In this document: piece after piece, positions 46,335 through 55,887 of the stretch
Layout: each line of letters starts with the position of its first letter
Position numbering within the stretch: position 1 is the stretch's first letter
IMG/VR virus record: IMGVR_UViG_3300030380_006483
Source of the DNA: a virus
Reading direction: 5' to 3' (one strand)
DNA length: 64,000 bases
Made by a program: the position numbers and the translations under genes
The notes under the pieces: generated by a model
What the model saw: the letters and a program-made list of their open reading frames with translations, nothing else
What the model was told of the DNA's origin: nothing
The model's database searches: none

Positions 46335-47264
46335 ATGGTAAACCAAATATTACTTGGATTAGTGGAATCCGTTCTGGGTAAGAGTAATCCAACAGCAAGG
46401 GGAAATCATGCTTTCCATTGTGCTTTTTGTCATCATAAAAACCCAAAACTAGAAATAAATTTAATACCAAATAAAAAGAAAGAAAATTTATGGCATTGTT
46501 GGGTATGTGATAAAAAAGGTAAAACTTTATTTGGTTTATTTAAAGCATTAAAAGTATCTTCTAATAAACTTACCCAATTAAAAGATATATTAGGAACTAC
46601 AGAAAAATATGATATTGTAGTTACAAACACAAAAGTTGAACTCCCCCCAGAATATAAATCATTATATAATCTTACTAAATCGGATATACATGCTAGACAT
46701 GCTTTGGCTTATCTTAAAAGAAGAGGAGTTTCTACTATAGATATTTTAAAATATCAAATAGGATATTGTGAAAAAGGTAGATATGCTAATAAAATTATTA
46801 TCCCCACATATAATGTTAATGGACAGTTGGATTATTTTGTAGCACGTTCATTTGAAAGAGAACCATCAAGAAAATATGACGCACCATCTTCAGATAAAAA
46901 TATTATAGGGTTCGAAAATATGATAAATTGGAATATTCCTATTGTATTATGTGAAGGTGCCTTCGATGCTATTGCTATAAAAAGAAATGCTATACCATTA
47001 TTTGGCAAAAATATATCAAAAAAACTAATGCAAAAATTAGTTACATCTGAAGTTAAAAAAGTATATTTAGCTTTAGATAAAGATGCTATTAAATCAACTT
47101 ATAAAATAGCAAAACAATTGTTAGAAGCAGGAAAAAAAATATTTGTAATAGACTTAGACGACAAAGACCCAGCTGATATGGGGTTTGCTTTATTTACAAA
47201 TAAAATTCAACAATCACAAGAATTTACATTTTCTTCTCTATTTAACTTAAAATTATCTATATGA
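46335..47264 (+). CDS. DNA primase (T4 gp61-like)
   Basis: Zn finger CAFC...HCWVC; TOPRIM VLCEGAFD and LALDKD; KDPAD. Confidence 0.9.
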   Translation: MVNQILLGLVESVLGKSNPTARGNHAFHCAFCHHKNPKLEINLIPNKKKENLWHCWVCDKKGKTLFGLFKALKVSSNKLTQLKDILGTTEKYDIVVTNTKVELPPEYKSLYNLTKSDIHARHALAYLKRRGVSTIDILKYQIGYCEKGRYANKIIIPTYNVNGQLDYFVARSFEREPSRKYDAPSSDKNIIGFENMINWNIPIVLCEGAFDAIAIKRNAIPLFGKNISKKLMQKLVTSEVKKVYLALDKDAIKSTYKIAKQLLEAGKKIFVIDLDDKDPADMGFALFTNKIQQSQEFTFSSLFNLKLSI

Positions 47265-48019
47265 AATTAAGGAAAGCTAATTTTCCTAAGCAGGAATTAA
47301 ACCGCGAATTTACTCAAATTACTACTAACGATTCTAGATTCTATGAAGATGGAGAAAAAACATATCCTTCTGTTACGTATGTTTTATCATATTTCCCTAA
47401 AGGAAAACATTTTGAAGAATGGTTAAAGAGAGTAGGATATAATGCTGATTTTATTGCTAAAAAAGCAGCAGGTGAAGGAACATTAGCTCATGACTTATGT
47501 GAGCAATATTTACTAGGTAAAGAAATTAATTTAATGAAAGATGGTTCTCCACAATATGATTTACATGTTTGGAAAATGTTTTTACGTTTTGTTGATTTTT
47601 GGGAAACTAGTGGTGCAGAATTAATTGAAACAGAAGTATTTTTATATTCTGATACTTTACATATAGCAGGAACCTGTGATTTAGTTTGTAAAATAAATGA
47701 TGAAATATGGGTTATTGACATTAAAACATCAAACAATCTACAAACCACATATGATGTCCAATCAGCTATATATGCTAGATGTTTTGAAGAATGTTATGAG
47801 CAAAAAGTAGATAGGGTAGGTATTTTATGGTTAAAATCATCTAAACGTGGTCCAAAAGAAGGTAAACTACAAGGTAAAAAATGGGAAGTATATGAATCAC
47901 CTCGTTCTATAGATGAAAATTTAGAAATTTATACTAATGTTAGAGCTTTATTTGATTTAGAAAATCCTGTTCTTAAACCTCTATCAGAAAAATACAGAAC
48001 TTCTGTTAAAAAATCCTAG
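47261..48019 (+). CDS. PD-(D/E)xK exonuclease (Cas4/RecB-like)
   Basis: YPSVTYVL, GTLAH, AGTCDLV...VIDIKTS, QSAIYA. Confidence 0.85.
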   Translation: MKLRKANFPKQELNREFTQITTNDSRFYEDGEKTYPSVTYVLSYFPKGKHFEEWLKRVGYNADFIAKKAAGEGTLAHDLCEQYLLGKEINLMKDGSPQYDLHVWKMFLRFVDFWETSGAELIETEVFLYSDTLHIAGTCDLVCKINDEIWVIDIKTSNNLQTTYDVQSAIYARCFEECYEQKVDRVGILWLKSSKRGPKEGKLQGKKWEVYESPRSIDENLEIYTNVRALFDLENPVLKPLSEKYRTSVKKS

Positions 48020-48047
48020 GCTTCTTCATTAATTTTTCGTATATTTA
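48016..48047 (+). promoter_or_regulatory. -33/-7 promoter variant
   Basis: ctagg 48016-48020, cgtatattta 48038-48047. Confidence 0.6.
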
Positions 48048-48067
48048 TATGTTGATAATGTAAGCCT

Positions 48068-48868
48068 ATGTATAAATTACGTGATATAATACTTGAACGT
48101 ATAAGCCGTCCTAAAGCAATGATACTTGCTGGATCCCCCGGTGCTGGTAAGTCTTCTTTTATAGAAGATATTGATAATGCTTTAATAATGAATATCGATG
48201 ACATTTTTATTCGTAATTTACGAAATATGGGGGTGTCTTTAGATTTAAAAAATGCTAGTGCTGAAGAACGCAGCAAAGCAGCCTCAGCATTTGCCGCAGC
48301 TAATAAAGAATTTCGTCCTCAAATAATAGATATAATTAAAGGAAAGAAAAATTTTGTATTAGATACCACATCTGCAAATACAGGTACTACTCTTAGATAT
48401 AAACAACAATTAGAAGAATTAGGTTATGAAGTATTAATGGTATATGTTTTTGCTTCATTAGAAAAATCACTAGATAGAAATGAAACAAGGTTTAAACGTT
48501 CACAAGGCAAAGATAGAAGTTTATCACCCGCTATTGTATTACGTACTTGGAATTCTGTAACTCAAAATTATGATTTTTTTAAAAAAGAATTTGGAAATAA
48601 TTTTGTTTCTGTTGTAAATGATAAAGCCTTACAAAAAGGTGAACCACAAAAATCATTAGAAGATTTATTAGATAAGTATGTCACTCCTTATAAACCAACA
48701 GATACTAAACCTAAAACAGATAAACAACAACAAAAATCTGACCAACAAAAAGCAGAATTAAATAATCAAATAACAACTTTTATTAATTCTGATAAGGTAG
48801 AAGATATAAAAAGTGATTCTGTATCTAAAGGTGAAGCAAAATCTAGAGTAAAACAATTTTTCTCATGA
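48068..48868 (+). CDS. Zeta-toxin-like/AAA_33 P-loop kinase
   Basis: ILAGSPGAGKS, FVLDTT, SLDRNETR. Confidence 0.75.
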   Translation: MYKLRDIILERISRPKAMILAGSPGAGKSSFIEDIDNALIMNIDDIFIRNLRNMGVSLDLKNASAEERSKAASAFAAANKEFRPQIIDIIKGKKNFVLDTTSANTGTTLRYKQQLEELGYEVLMVYVFASLEKSLDRNETRFKRSQGKDRSLSPAIVLRTWNSVTQNYDFFKKEFGNNFVSVVNDKALQKGEPQKSLEDLLDKYVTPYKPTDTKPKTDKQQQKSDQQKAELNNQITTFINSDKVEDIKSDSVSKGEAKSRVKQFFS

Positions 48869-50616
48869 ACCCAGAAAAAGTAGGTAAACAAATAGCTAAA
48901 AGAATCCTAATGGAAGAAGAAATGACTAAAGTTTCTATCTATCCAGGTGCTTTTAAACCACCACATAAAGGACATGTTGAAACAGCTTTAAGATCTATGG
49001 ATGATAAAACTAATAAGGTAATTATTTTTATGTCTACTAAGGAAAGAGAAAATATAGATGTAGAGGAAGCAAAACAAGTATGGGATTTATATAAAGCTAA
49101 TATACCTGAATTAGAAAAAGTTGAAATACAATTAACACCCACCCCAGTAAAATCTGTTTATGATTATGCTAAAGATAATCCTACACATGATATAAGAGCT
49201 GTATTTGGTAAAGGTGAAGAAGAAAGATTTAAATCATTATTAGATAAGGAAAAATATCCCCACGTAGAAGTATTTGATGCCGGTACTGTAGGTGATTTTT
49301 CAGCTACAACTTTAAGACAAGCTATTAGAGATAAAGATTTAGAAACAATCAGGGACTATATTCCATATTTAATTAATGTAGATGATTTTTTAAATATATT
49401 TCAATTAAATGAAGCTATTGTAGGTGATAAAATCGTATGTGATAATTGTGGGTGGGAATGGAAAATAAAAGATGGAGGAGATGATTTATTTATATGCCAT
49501 AAATGTGGGTATGATAATAACCCTTTAGATGAAGGTTTATACCCTAGATATGATTATAGAAAAGTTAAACAAGTAAGATACAAAGCATCAGATGTTAGAA
49601 CTAATGATCCGGATGCATTAGAGGAAGATCCTAAAAAAGGTACAGGTAAAAAACCTAAGGGGTCTGGTAGAAGATTATATACTGATGAAGATCCAAGCGA
49701 TACAGTAAAAGTTAAATTTAGTACTAGACAGGATATAGTAGATACTTTAGGTAAAACCTCATTTAAAAATAAATCTCATGCTAGGCAATCCCAAGTAATA
49801 AATTTAATACATCAAAGAGTAAGAGCGGCTTTAGGTAGAACTAAAGATCCACTAAAAAAAGCTAAATTAAAATCTGCTTTTGAATATATTAAAAAACGAA
49901 AGGAAGCATCTAAGAAAAAAACACAAAGATTGAAAAAACAAAAAACAAATGAAGGGGTTTTATCTCAAACTAGTCTTGTATTACCAAGAGGTAAGAAAAT
50001 AGTATTACAAGCTGAAGAACAAGACTATGATAGAGGACTAATAGTAGAACTTACCGAAGAAGGAGGATATAAAATATACTATTGGTATGGTGATGATATA
50101 AAAATATATCCTGCTGAAGTTTTAGTAGACGGAGAATCAATAAAACCAGATGCAAGAGAAGTTTATATTAAATTCCATCCAGAATTGGAAAAAGAAAATA
50201 TAGAAGAAGGAGATAAATATTTACAAGAAGCTAGATATAAAAAATTTTTAAATGAAGCTTGGGATGATTCTAAAGCTAAAATTATAAATAGATTTATGGA
50301 TTTTGCTACAGATTATTTATCTATAGATAGACCTAAAATTAAACTTATTAACCAAGAAGGATATACCCAAGAATATAAAAGTTTTGGTGGTTATTTACCT
50401 TCTGAAGAAAAAATATTTGTTGTAGTTAGAAATCGTAATATGGCAGACATTTTACGTACATTAGCACATGAAATGGTCCATCATATGCAAAACCTTGATG
50501 GTAGATTAACACCAACCTCGGGTGAAGATGGATCCCCTGATGAAAATGAAGCAAATTCATTAGCAGCAGTTTTAATGAGAAAATTTGGAAGAGAAAACCC
50601 AGACATTTATGAATAA
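48865..50616 (+). CDS. Modular protein: HIGH-motif nucleotidyltransferase, Zn ribbon, basic module, C-terminal HExxH zincin-like domain
   Basis: YPGAFKPPHKGH...FSAT; CDNC...CHKC; RTLAHEMVH. Confidence 0.8.
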   Translation: MNPEKVGKQIAKRILMEEEMTKVSIYPGAFKPPHKGHVETALRSMDDKTNKVIIFMSTKERENIDVEEAKQVWDLYKANIPELEKVEIQLTPTPVKSVYDYAKDNPTHDIRAVFGKGEEERFKSLLDKEKYPHVEVFDAGTVGDFSATTLRQAIRDKDLETIRDYIPYLINVDDFLNIFQLNEAIVGDKIVCDNCGWEWKIKDGGDDLFICHKCGYDNNPLDEGLYPRYDYRKVKQVRYKASDVRTNDPDALEEDPKKGTGKKPKGSGRRLYTDEDPSDTVKVKFSTRQDIVDTLGKTSFKNKSHARQSQVINLIHQRVRAALGRTKDPLKKAKLKSAFEYIKKRKEASKKKTQRLKKQKTNEGVLSQTSLVLPRGKKIVLQAEEQDYDRGLIVELTEEGGYKIYYWYGDDIKIYPAEVLVDGESIKPDAREVYIKFHPELEKENIEEGDKYLQEARYKKFLNEAWDDSKAKIINRFMDFATDYLSIDRPKIKLINQEGYTQEYKSFGGYLPSEEKIFVVVRNRNMADILRTLAHEMVHHMQNLDGRLTPTSGEDGSPDENEANSLAAVLMRKFGRENPDIYE

Positions 50617-51154
50617 ATACAGTTTAAAAGAATTAATGTTTGAAGATATAGCTAAAGCTTATGACATTTTTGTTGATATGGATGGGGTATTAACTAATTT
50701 TGAAGGTAGATTTGAACAATTTGCCGGAGTTACACCTGATGAATACATATCTCAAAAAACTATTCAAGTTGGAAAAGATAAGGCATATGAGCAATTTTGG
50801 GATTTAGTAGATGAGCAAGTAGGGGTTAGATTTTGGGCAGGGATGCCTTGGATGCCCGAAGGAGAAGGATTATACAAATATATAAAAAAATACAAACCAA
50901 CTATTTTAACATCTCCTTCTAGAAATGAAGCATCTAAAATAGGAAAAGGTGTGTGGGTTAAAAGAAATATGTCTGGCACACCATTAAAATTTGGTTATCA
51001 AGCACAGGGCAAAGCTAAATTCGCGGGTCCAAATAAAATATTAATAGATGATAGAACCGATAATATCTCTGCTTGGAAAGCTGCAGGGGGTATTGGTATA
51101 TTATTTAAATCAACAGAACAAGTAAAAAACGAGTTATCTAAACTAGGGTTATGA
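50609..51154 (+). CDS. HAD-family 5'(3')-deoxyribonucleotidase-like protein
   Basis: Tracked ORF 50585; ATG 50609 preferred. FVDMDGVL, ILTSP, LIDDR. Confidence 0.85.
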   Translation: MNKYSLKELMFEDIAKAYDIFVDMDGVLTNFEGRFEQFAGVTPDEYISQKTIQVGKDKAYEQFWDLVDEQVGVRFWAGMPWMPEGEGLYKYIKKYKPTILTSPSRNEASKIGKGVWVKRNMSGTPLKFGYQAQGKAKFAGPNKILIDDRTDNISAWKAAGGIGILFKSTEQVKNELSKLGL

Positions 51155-51723
51155 GCACACAATTAAATAAAGAATTCTCTAAACGTGATGTTCAGAGAAT
51201 GAGAAATATAGTCACAGGAAATACCGCTGATAAAACAAGAGTTCAAGCTGGGTATGAAAAGGAAAATAAAGTATATGTTGAGGGTGATATATGGGAGGAA
51301 AATGGTAAAACATGGACTATAAAAAATGGTCTTAAACAAACCATCACCAAACATGATAAATTAAGACAAATTATTGTAATGCCATTAAAATGCCCTGAGT
51401 GTGAAAAGGCAATAAAAGTAAATGATCTTAATAAAAAAATGTGGTCAATTCATAATAAGTGCTTTGATTGTGTTGTTGAATATGAAACACATTTAAGGAA
51501 AACAGGAAAATATAAAGAATACGAAAAAAAATTAATGAATGATAATAAAGATAGTTTTGTTGACGATTATGAACAAGCTGTAAATGCATTTATTAATGAC
51601 CAAGGAGAATCATTTATGTCTGAGGCAGGAGACATGGAAAATTGGTCAAAAGCTAAAATAAATCCCGAAGTAATTAAATCCCTTAAAGATAATATTAAAC
51701 AATTAAGGGAATTAGAGATATAA
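51151..51723 (+). CDS. Hypothetical protein with Zn-binding motif
   Basis: CPEC...HNKCFDC. Confidence 0.75.
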   Translation: MSTQLNKEFSKRDVQRMRNIVTGNTADKTRVQAGYEKENKVYVEGDIWEENGKTWTIKNGLKQTITKHDKLRQIIVMPLKCPECEKAIKVNDLNKKMWSIHNKCFDCVVEYETHLRKTGKYKEYEKKLMNDNKDSFVDDYEQAVNAFINDQGESFMSEAGDMENWSKAKINPEVIKSLKDNIKQLRELEI

Positions 51724-51760
51724 TATCTTTATATATTTATTACAGAATAATTCTAGAACT

Positions 51761-52378
51761 ATGAAAAAATCAGAAATTAAAAAAATCTTAAAAGAGAATA
51801 TCACTGATTGGTTAAAGGAACGTAATATTCCCGAAGCTGATAGTGGTGATATGGCTTATACAGAAAAAGCTAAAGTAAAAGAAAATAAAATCGAGGACCA
51901 AATTGCTGAATTTTATTACGTAACAAAACCAACTAAAGAATCTAAAGTAGAAGAATTAGTTAAAAGTGGGGACGTATTTGAATTTGCTGTGAGTGGTTTA
52001 ACTCGAGAAGACATCTCAGGTATTTACAAATCAGAAGGTAGAGCAAAATCTGCTGCTAATAAAGTAATTAAAGAAAGAGATATTAAACTTAAAGAAACTT
52101 ATAAAAAAGGTCAAGATAAGTTAAAGAAAATGGAATCTTCAATTGATGAAATTAAAACTCAAATTGAAGGTAAAATGTCTGAAGCTACATCAAATCCAGA
52201 TATGAGAGAATCTTTAACAGCTGAATCTAATAGCTTAATGGAAAAACTTTCTATGTTAGAAGCACAGGTTGAAAGACTAAGAGAAGTGTTAGAAGCAGAA
52301 GGAATGCGTTTCGAAAAGAAAAAGCCTAAAAAAGATAACAAGAAAGACGAAAAAGAGGACGATAAAGATAAAGAGTAA
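51761..52378 (+). CDS. Coiled-coil protein with MKKSEIKKILKE leader
   Basis: 205-aa K/E-rich ORF. Confidence 0.8.
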   Translation: MKKSEIKKILKENITDWLKERNIPEADSGDMAYTEKAKVKENKIEDQIAEFYYVTKPTKESKVEELVKSGDVFEFAVSGLTREDISGIYKSEGRAKSAANKVIKERDIKLKETYKKGQDKLKKMESSIDEIKTQIEGKMSEATSNPDMRESLTAESNSLMEKLSMLEAQVERLREVLEAEGMRFEKKKPKKDNKKDEKEDDKDKE

Positions 52379-52381
52379 TCA

Positions 52382-53185
52382 ATGGATAAGCTCAAACTCA
52401 GATATCTAATCAGAGAGGCTATAGAAAATGTTGCTAATATTTCATCCAAATTTTCTGTAGGTGATAAAGTAACAACTGTAGATGGAGACACTGCGTTTGT
52501 TACAATGGCAGAACATCCTTTTTATACTGTAGAATTAGAAGAAACTGGTACAACTAAATCATTTAACTTTAAGGATTTAGCTCCTTTTCAAGAAAAAGTA
52601 ATAGCAAAAACATCGGAAGGTATTAAGCTACAAGAGGGAGTTAATGCCTCTCCCGGTTTATTATTTCACCAAGCCCACAATAAACCACTATCAGAATGTA
52701 TTTTTAGAATTGGTTCTAAATCATATATAGAGTTCTACTCTGAAGCAAGAGAATTATTCAATGAAGGTATTCTAAAAATTAATGAATTAGATAAAGATTT
52801 AATTCGTAAAACTGATATTGGTGAATATGGGTTATTTGAAGGTATAGAAGTACCATTAGATGTTCCTTATATTAATGAAAATATTGAGGAAAAAAAGAAA
52901 AAATCAACTAAAAAGGATCCACCTATTGGAAAACCAAAAAGAGGAGGTTCAAAAGCCTACTATGTTTATGTAAGGGATCCTAAAACAAAAAGAATTAAAA
53001 AGGTTTCATTTGGGTCAGGAGGTTTAAGGGCAAAAATTAATAACCCCAAAGCACGTAGAGCATTTGCTGCTAGACATAAATGTTCACAAAAAAATGATAG
53101 AACAAAAGCTTCATATTGGAGCTGTAGGTTGCCAAGATATGCAAAGCAGTTAGGTTTAGGTGCTAATAAAAACACTTTTTGGTAA
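52382..53185 (+). CDS. Modular protein: SH3-like module, central module, basic Cys-containing C-terminal module
   Basis: FSVGDKVT...; GKPKRGGSKAYYVYV...HKC...YWSC. Confidence 0.8.
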   Translation: MDKLKLRYLIREAIENVANISSKFSVGDKVTTVDGDTAFVTMAEHPFYTVELEETGTTKSFNFKDLAPFQEKVIAKTSEGIKLQEGVNASPGLLFHQAHNKPLSECIFRIGSKSYIEFYSEARELFNEGILKINELDKDLIRKTDIGEYGLFEGIEVPLDVPYINENIEEKKKKSTKKDPPIGKPKRGGSKAYYVYVRDPKTKRIKKVSFGSGGLRAKINNPKARRAFAARHKCSQKNDRTKASYWSCRLPRYAKQLGLGANKNTFW

Positions 53186-53186
53186 A

Positions 53187-53444
53187 ATGGCCGCATACAC
53201 TGACTACGATTATAAAGGTTATCATGTAAGACATTTTTCACACGATACTGAAAGCGCTGAGCTAGTATGGCATCGTGACAGAAAAGATAGATATATTACA
53301 CCTATTGGTAAAACTGATTGGCAAATTCAATTTGATGATGAGTTGCCTAGACCAATAGATGATTGTATCTTTATAAAAGAAGGTGTATGGCACAGGGTAA
53401 TAAAAGGCAGTGGATGTTTAAAAATATTAATAGATGAAAATTAG
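53187..53444 (+). CDS. Cupin-like protein
   Basis: Tracked ORF 53160; ATG 53187 preferred. LVWHRD...IKEGVWHRVIKG. Confidence 0.65.
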   Translation: MAAYTDYDYKGYHVRHFSHDTESAELVWHRDRKDRYITPIGKTDWQIQFDDELPRPIDDCIFIKEGVWHRVIKGSGCLKILIDEN

Positions 53445-54174
53445 TAAATTAAAAGAAATATTTGAAGATGAAAGTTTAAAGTATGCTTTAGCTACTAATA
53501 TAGCTAAATATGGGCGTCCTCAATCTAAGAAATCAGATAAAAAAGCTAAACTAACTAAAGGTTTAGAGAAAAAAAGAGAAAAAGCAGTGAAAGATTTAAA
53601 AAAATCTATGGGTGAACAAGATATGGGCTCACCATTCCCAGCACCTGATTTAGATAATAAAGGATACATGGCCGCTAGAAAGCTTATAGATCAATTAAGA
53701 TTAACTACATTTAGAAAACTAAATCCGGATGAGTTTGAGGAATTCAAAAGGGAAATAGCCAGTGCTTTTAATATGACATTAAATGAAGCTAAGGATACAG
53801 GAGTTGGATTAGATAGAATTAAATTTTATTTTGATAAATTATATGGTCCTGATTTAAGATTTAATATTAATAGAGATCCTAATAATCCTGAAAGAGATCG
53901 TATTGATGTTCGTGGTTCACAACAAGATTTAGCAGATTTTGGAAGAGCATTACAAGGTGAAAAAATGGAAGGTTACGAAGTATTTTGGACGGATGAGGAG
54001 GATAGAGGAAATATAGTTCGTATCGTTAAATCAGATTCTATAAATGAAAAAAAGAAAAAAGATGGGGATAGATGTCTTAGAATAGCTAGAAGAAAAATGC
54101 CTAAAACATCTGCATACCGTTCTGGATTAATAGTTAAGTGTAGAAAAGGAATGATATGGAAAAAAGAGAAATAA
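53434..54174 (+). CDS. Modular hypothetical protein
   Basis: Segments bounded by LNE and INE; basic Cys-containing end module. Confidence 0.8.
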   Translation: MKISKLKEIFEDESLKYALATNIAKYGRPQSKKSDKKAKLTKGLEKKREKAVKDLKKSMGEQDMGSPFPAPDLDNKGYMAARKLIDQLRLTTFRKLNPDEFEEFKREIASAFNMTLNEAKDTGVGLDRIKFYFDKLYGPDLRFNINRDPNNPERDRIDVRGSQQDLADFGRALQGEKMEGYEVFWTDEEDRGNIVRIVKSDSINEKKKKDGDRCLRIARRKMPKTSAYRSGLIVKCRKGMIWKKEK

Positions 54175-54479
54175 AAAAAGAAACCATTGAATTCAGCCAA
54201 GATTTAAAGGCTTTTACTAAGGGGTTTTTAAAAGAATCTCTTCGTAATTGGTTTAAAAAGGAAAAATGGGTTAGAATAGATACTCAAGGAAATATTACTG
54301 GTCCTTGTGGTACAATGAAAAAAGGTAAAGCTACAACACGTTGTTTACCTTCAGCTAAAGCTAGAAGTTTAACTAAAGCCCAAAGAGCTTCTACAGCTAG
54401 AAAAAAAACAAGGGGTTCTAGAAAAGGTAAACAGTTTGTAAAAAATACTAAAAAGGCAACCGTAAGACTAAAAAAATGA
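54156..54479 (+). CDS. Highly basic protein
   Basis: LKESLRNWFKKEKWV...GPCG...RCLP; K/R-rich. Confidence 0.75.
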   Translation: MEKREIKKETIEFSQDLKAFTKGFLKESLRNWFKKEKWVRIDTQGNITGPCGTMKKGKATTRCLPSAKARSLTKAQRASTARKKTRGSRKGKQFVKNTKKATVRLKK

Positions 54480-55117
54480 AAAAATTATTATTATTAATTG
54501 TTTTAATGTTAACAGGTTGTAGCAGTTATCAAGTTAATGATAACCGAATAGCAAGTATATTAGCTGTAACTGAAAAAGGAGACACTATTTCTGTCCCTTA
54601 TAAAAAATTTTTAAATGATAGATATACTGAATATACTAGATTTAATTATAATAATAATTGGTATTGGAATAATTGGAGATATGATTGGCAATGGAGATAT
54701 AATTATTGGTATTATGGACAATTAGATTATTACAATAATTACTATAATAATACACCAACACGTAGTTATAATTTTTCAAACCCAAGTAGTAAAAGGGGAG
54801 AAAAAGTAACAGTTATACCACCTGAAAATGATGGGATATATGTACCACCTTCACCTCCAAAACCACCAAAGGATAAAAAAGATAATATACGTATTTGGAA
54901 TAATCCTAGGCCTGCCCCAGGAAATCCAGTAAGAAGAAGTTTTAATCAACCTAATCAACCTTCTTATAGACAAAATAGTTTTAGTGCCCCTAGAAATAAT
55001 TTTAGTGCCCCTAGAAGCTATAGTGCTCCTAGAAGTAGTGCACCCACAAGATCGGCATCTCCTGTTCAAAGTGCGCCATCGGGTGGAAAAGGAAGTTCAA
55101 CTGGCAAAATTAATTAA
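54476..55117 (+). CDS. Lipoprotein with W/Y/N-rich core and P/S/R-rich tail
   Basis: Lipobox LTG-C; SAPR repeats near the C-terminus. Confidence 0.8.
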   Translation: MKKLLLLIVLMLTGCSSYQVNDNRIASILAVTEKGDTISVPYKKFLNDRYTEYTRFNYNNNWYWNNWRYDWQWRYNYWYYGQLDYYNNYYNNTPTRSYNFSNPSSKRGEKVTVIPPENDGIYVPPSPPKPPKDKKDNIRIWNNPRPAPGNPVRRSFNQPNQPSYRQNSFSAPRNNFSAPRSYSAPRSSAPTRSASPVQSAPSGGKGSSTGKIN

Positions 55118-55140
55118 TATTTATATAAAAATATATAATC

Positions 55141-55887
55141 ATGGATAAATTTAACTTAAAAGGATATATCAACGAAAATAATCTTGGCGCCTATTCTAGG
55201 TTAAAAGAAAAACTTGATCCAGTAGGAAAAGAAGATAGTGATATTGACAACGATGGTGATGTTGATAAAACAGATGACTATTTAGCTAATAAAAGAAAAG
55301 CTGTATCTAAAGCAATAGCTGATAAAGAAAAAACTGACACTGAAAAAGATGCTAGAAAAGCAAAAGGTATGATGAATGAAGCTACTGATGCTGAGATAAT
55401 TGATTTATTATCTGATATGTTACTTAAATTATCTGATGGGAATACTACAGCTAGACAAGCTGCTTTTGATATAGCTAAAGAACAAGGTGTAAGTTTTAAT
55501 CTTATTATACAAAAATACCAACAAAAAGGTGGTGAGTTACAAGATATAGATTTTGAAACGTTAAAAGAAGATTTAGATGTAGGACATCAAGATGATGAAC
55601 CAAATATGTTAAAGAAAACTTTATATAGATCAGCTAAAATGGCTTCAATGTTATATAAGGAACTAGATAAATTTGATAAATTCCCAACGGAAGTAGATTT
55701 TCCAAATTGGTGGCAAGCCAAAATTATTAAAGCTAATGATTATTTAACTGCGGCATTTGATTATTTAGATGGTGAACAACAAACTGCTAAATTAGATGCT
55801 ATGCAGGAAAAGAAAATTGAAGTAGATGATGATACTAATTTTAAAGTGTCATTATCCCATTTATTAGATAAGCATATAACTAAATAG
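55141..55887 (+). CDS. Modular protein with DIDNDGDVD (EF-hand-like) motif
   Basis: MDKFNLKGYINE leader; modules bounded by LKE, MNE, LKE, MQE. Confidence 0.8.
   Translation: MDKFNLKGYINENNLGAYSRLKEKLDPVGKEDSDIDNDGDVDKTDDYLANKRKAVSKAIADKEKTDTEKDARKAKGMMNEATDAEIIDLLSDMLLKLSDGNTTARQAAFDIAKEQGVSFNLIIQKYQQKGGELQDIDFETLKEDLDVGHQDDEPNMLKKTLYRSAKMASMLYKELDKFDKFPTEVDFPNWWQAKIIKANDYLTAAFDYLDGEQQTAKLDAMQEKKIEVDDDTNFKVSLSHLLDKHITK

Noticed and set aside
47261-48019. Cas4 as part of a CRISPR-Cas locus
   Set aside because: No array or other cas genes; it follows the primase as a typical phage exonuclease.
48068-48868. Zeta toxin-antitoxin module
   Set aside because: No small upstream antitoxin (the upstream gene is the exonuclease); better read as a P-loop kinase of unknown substrate.
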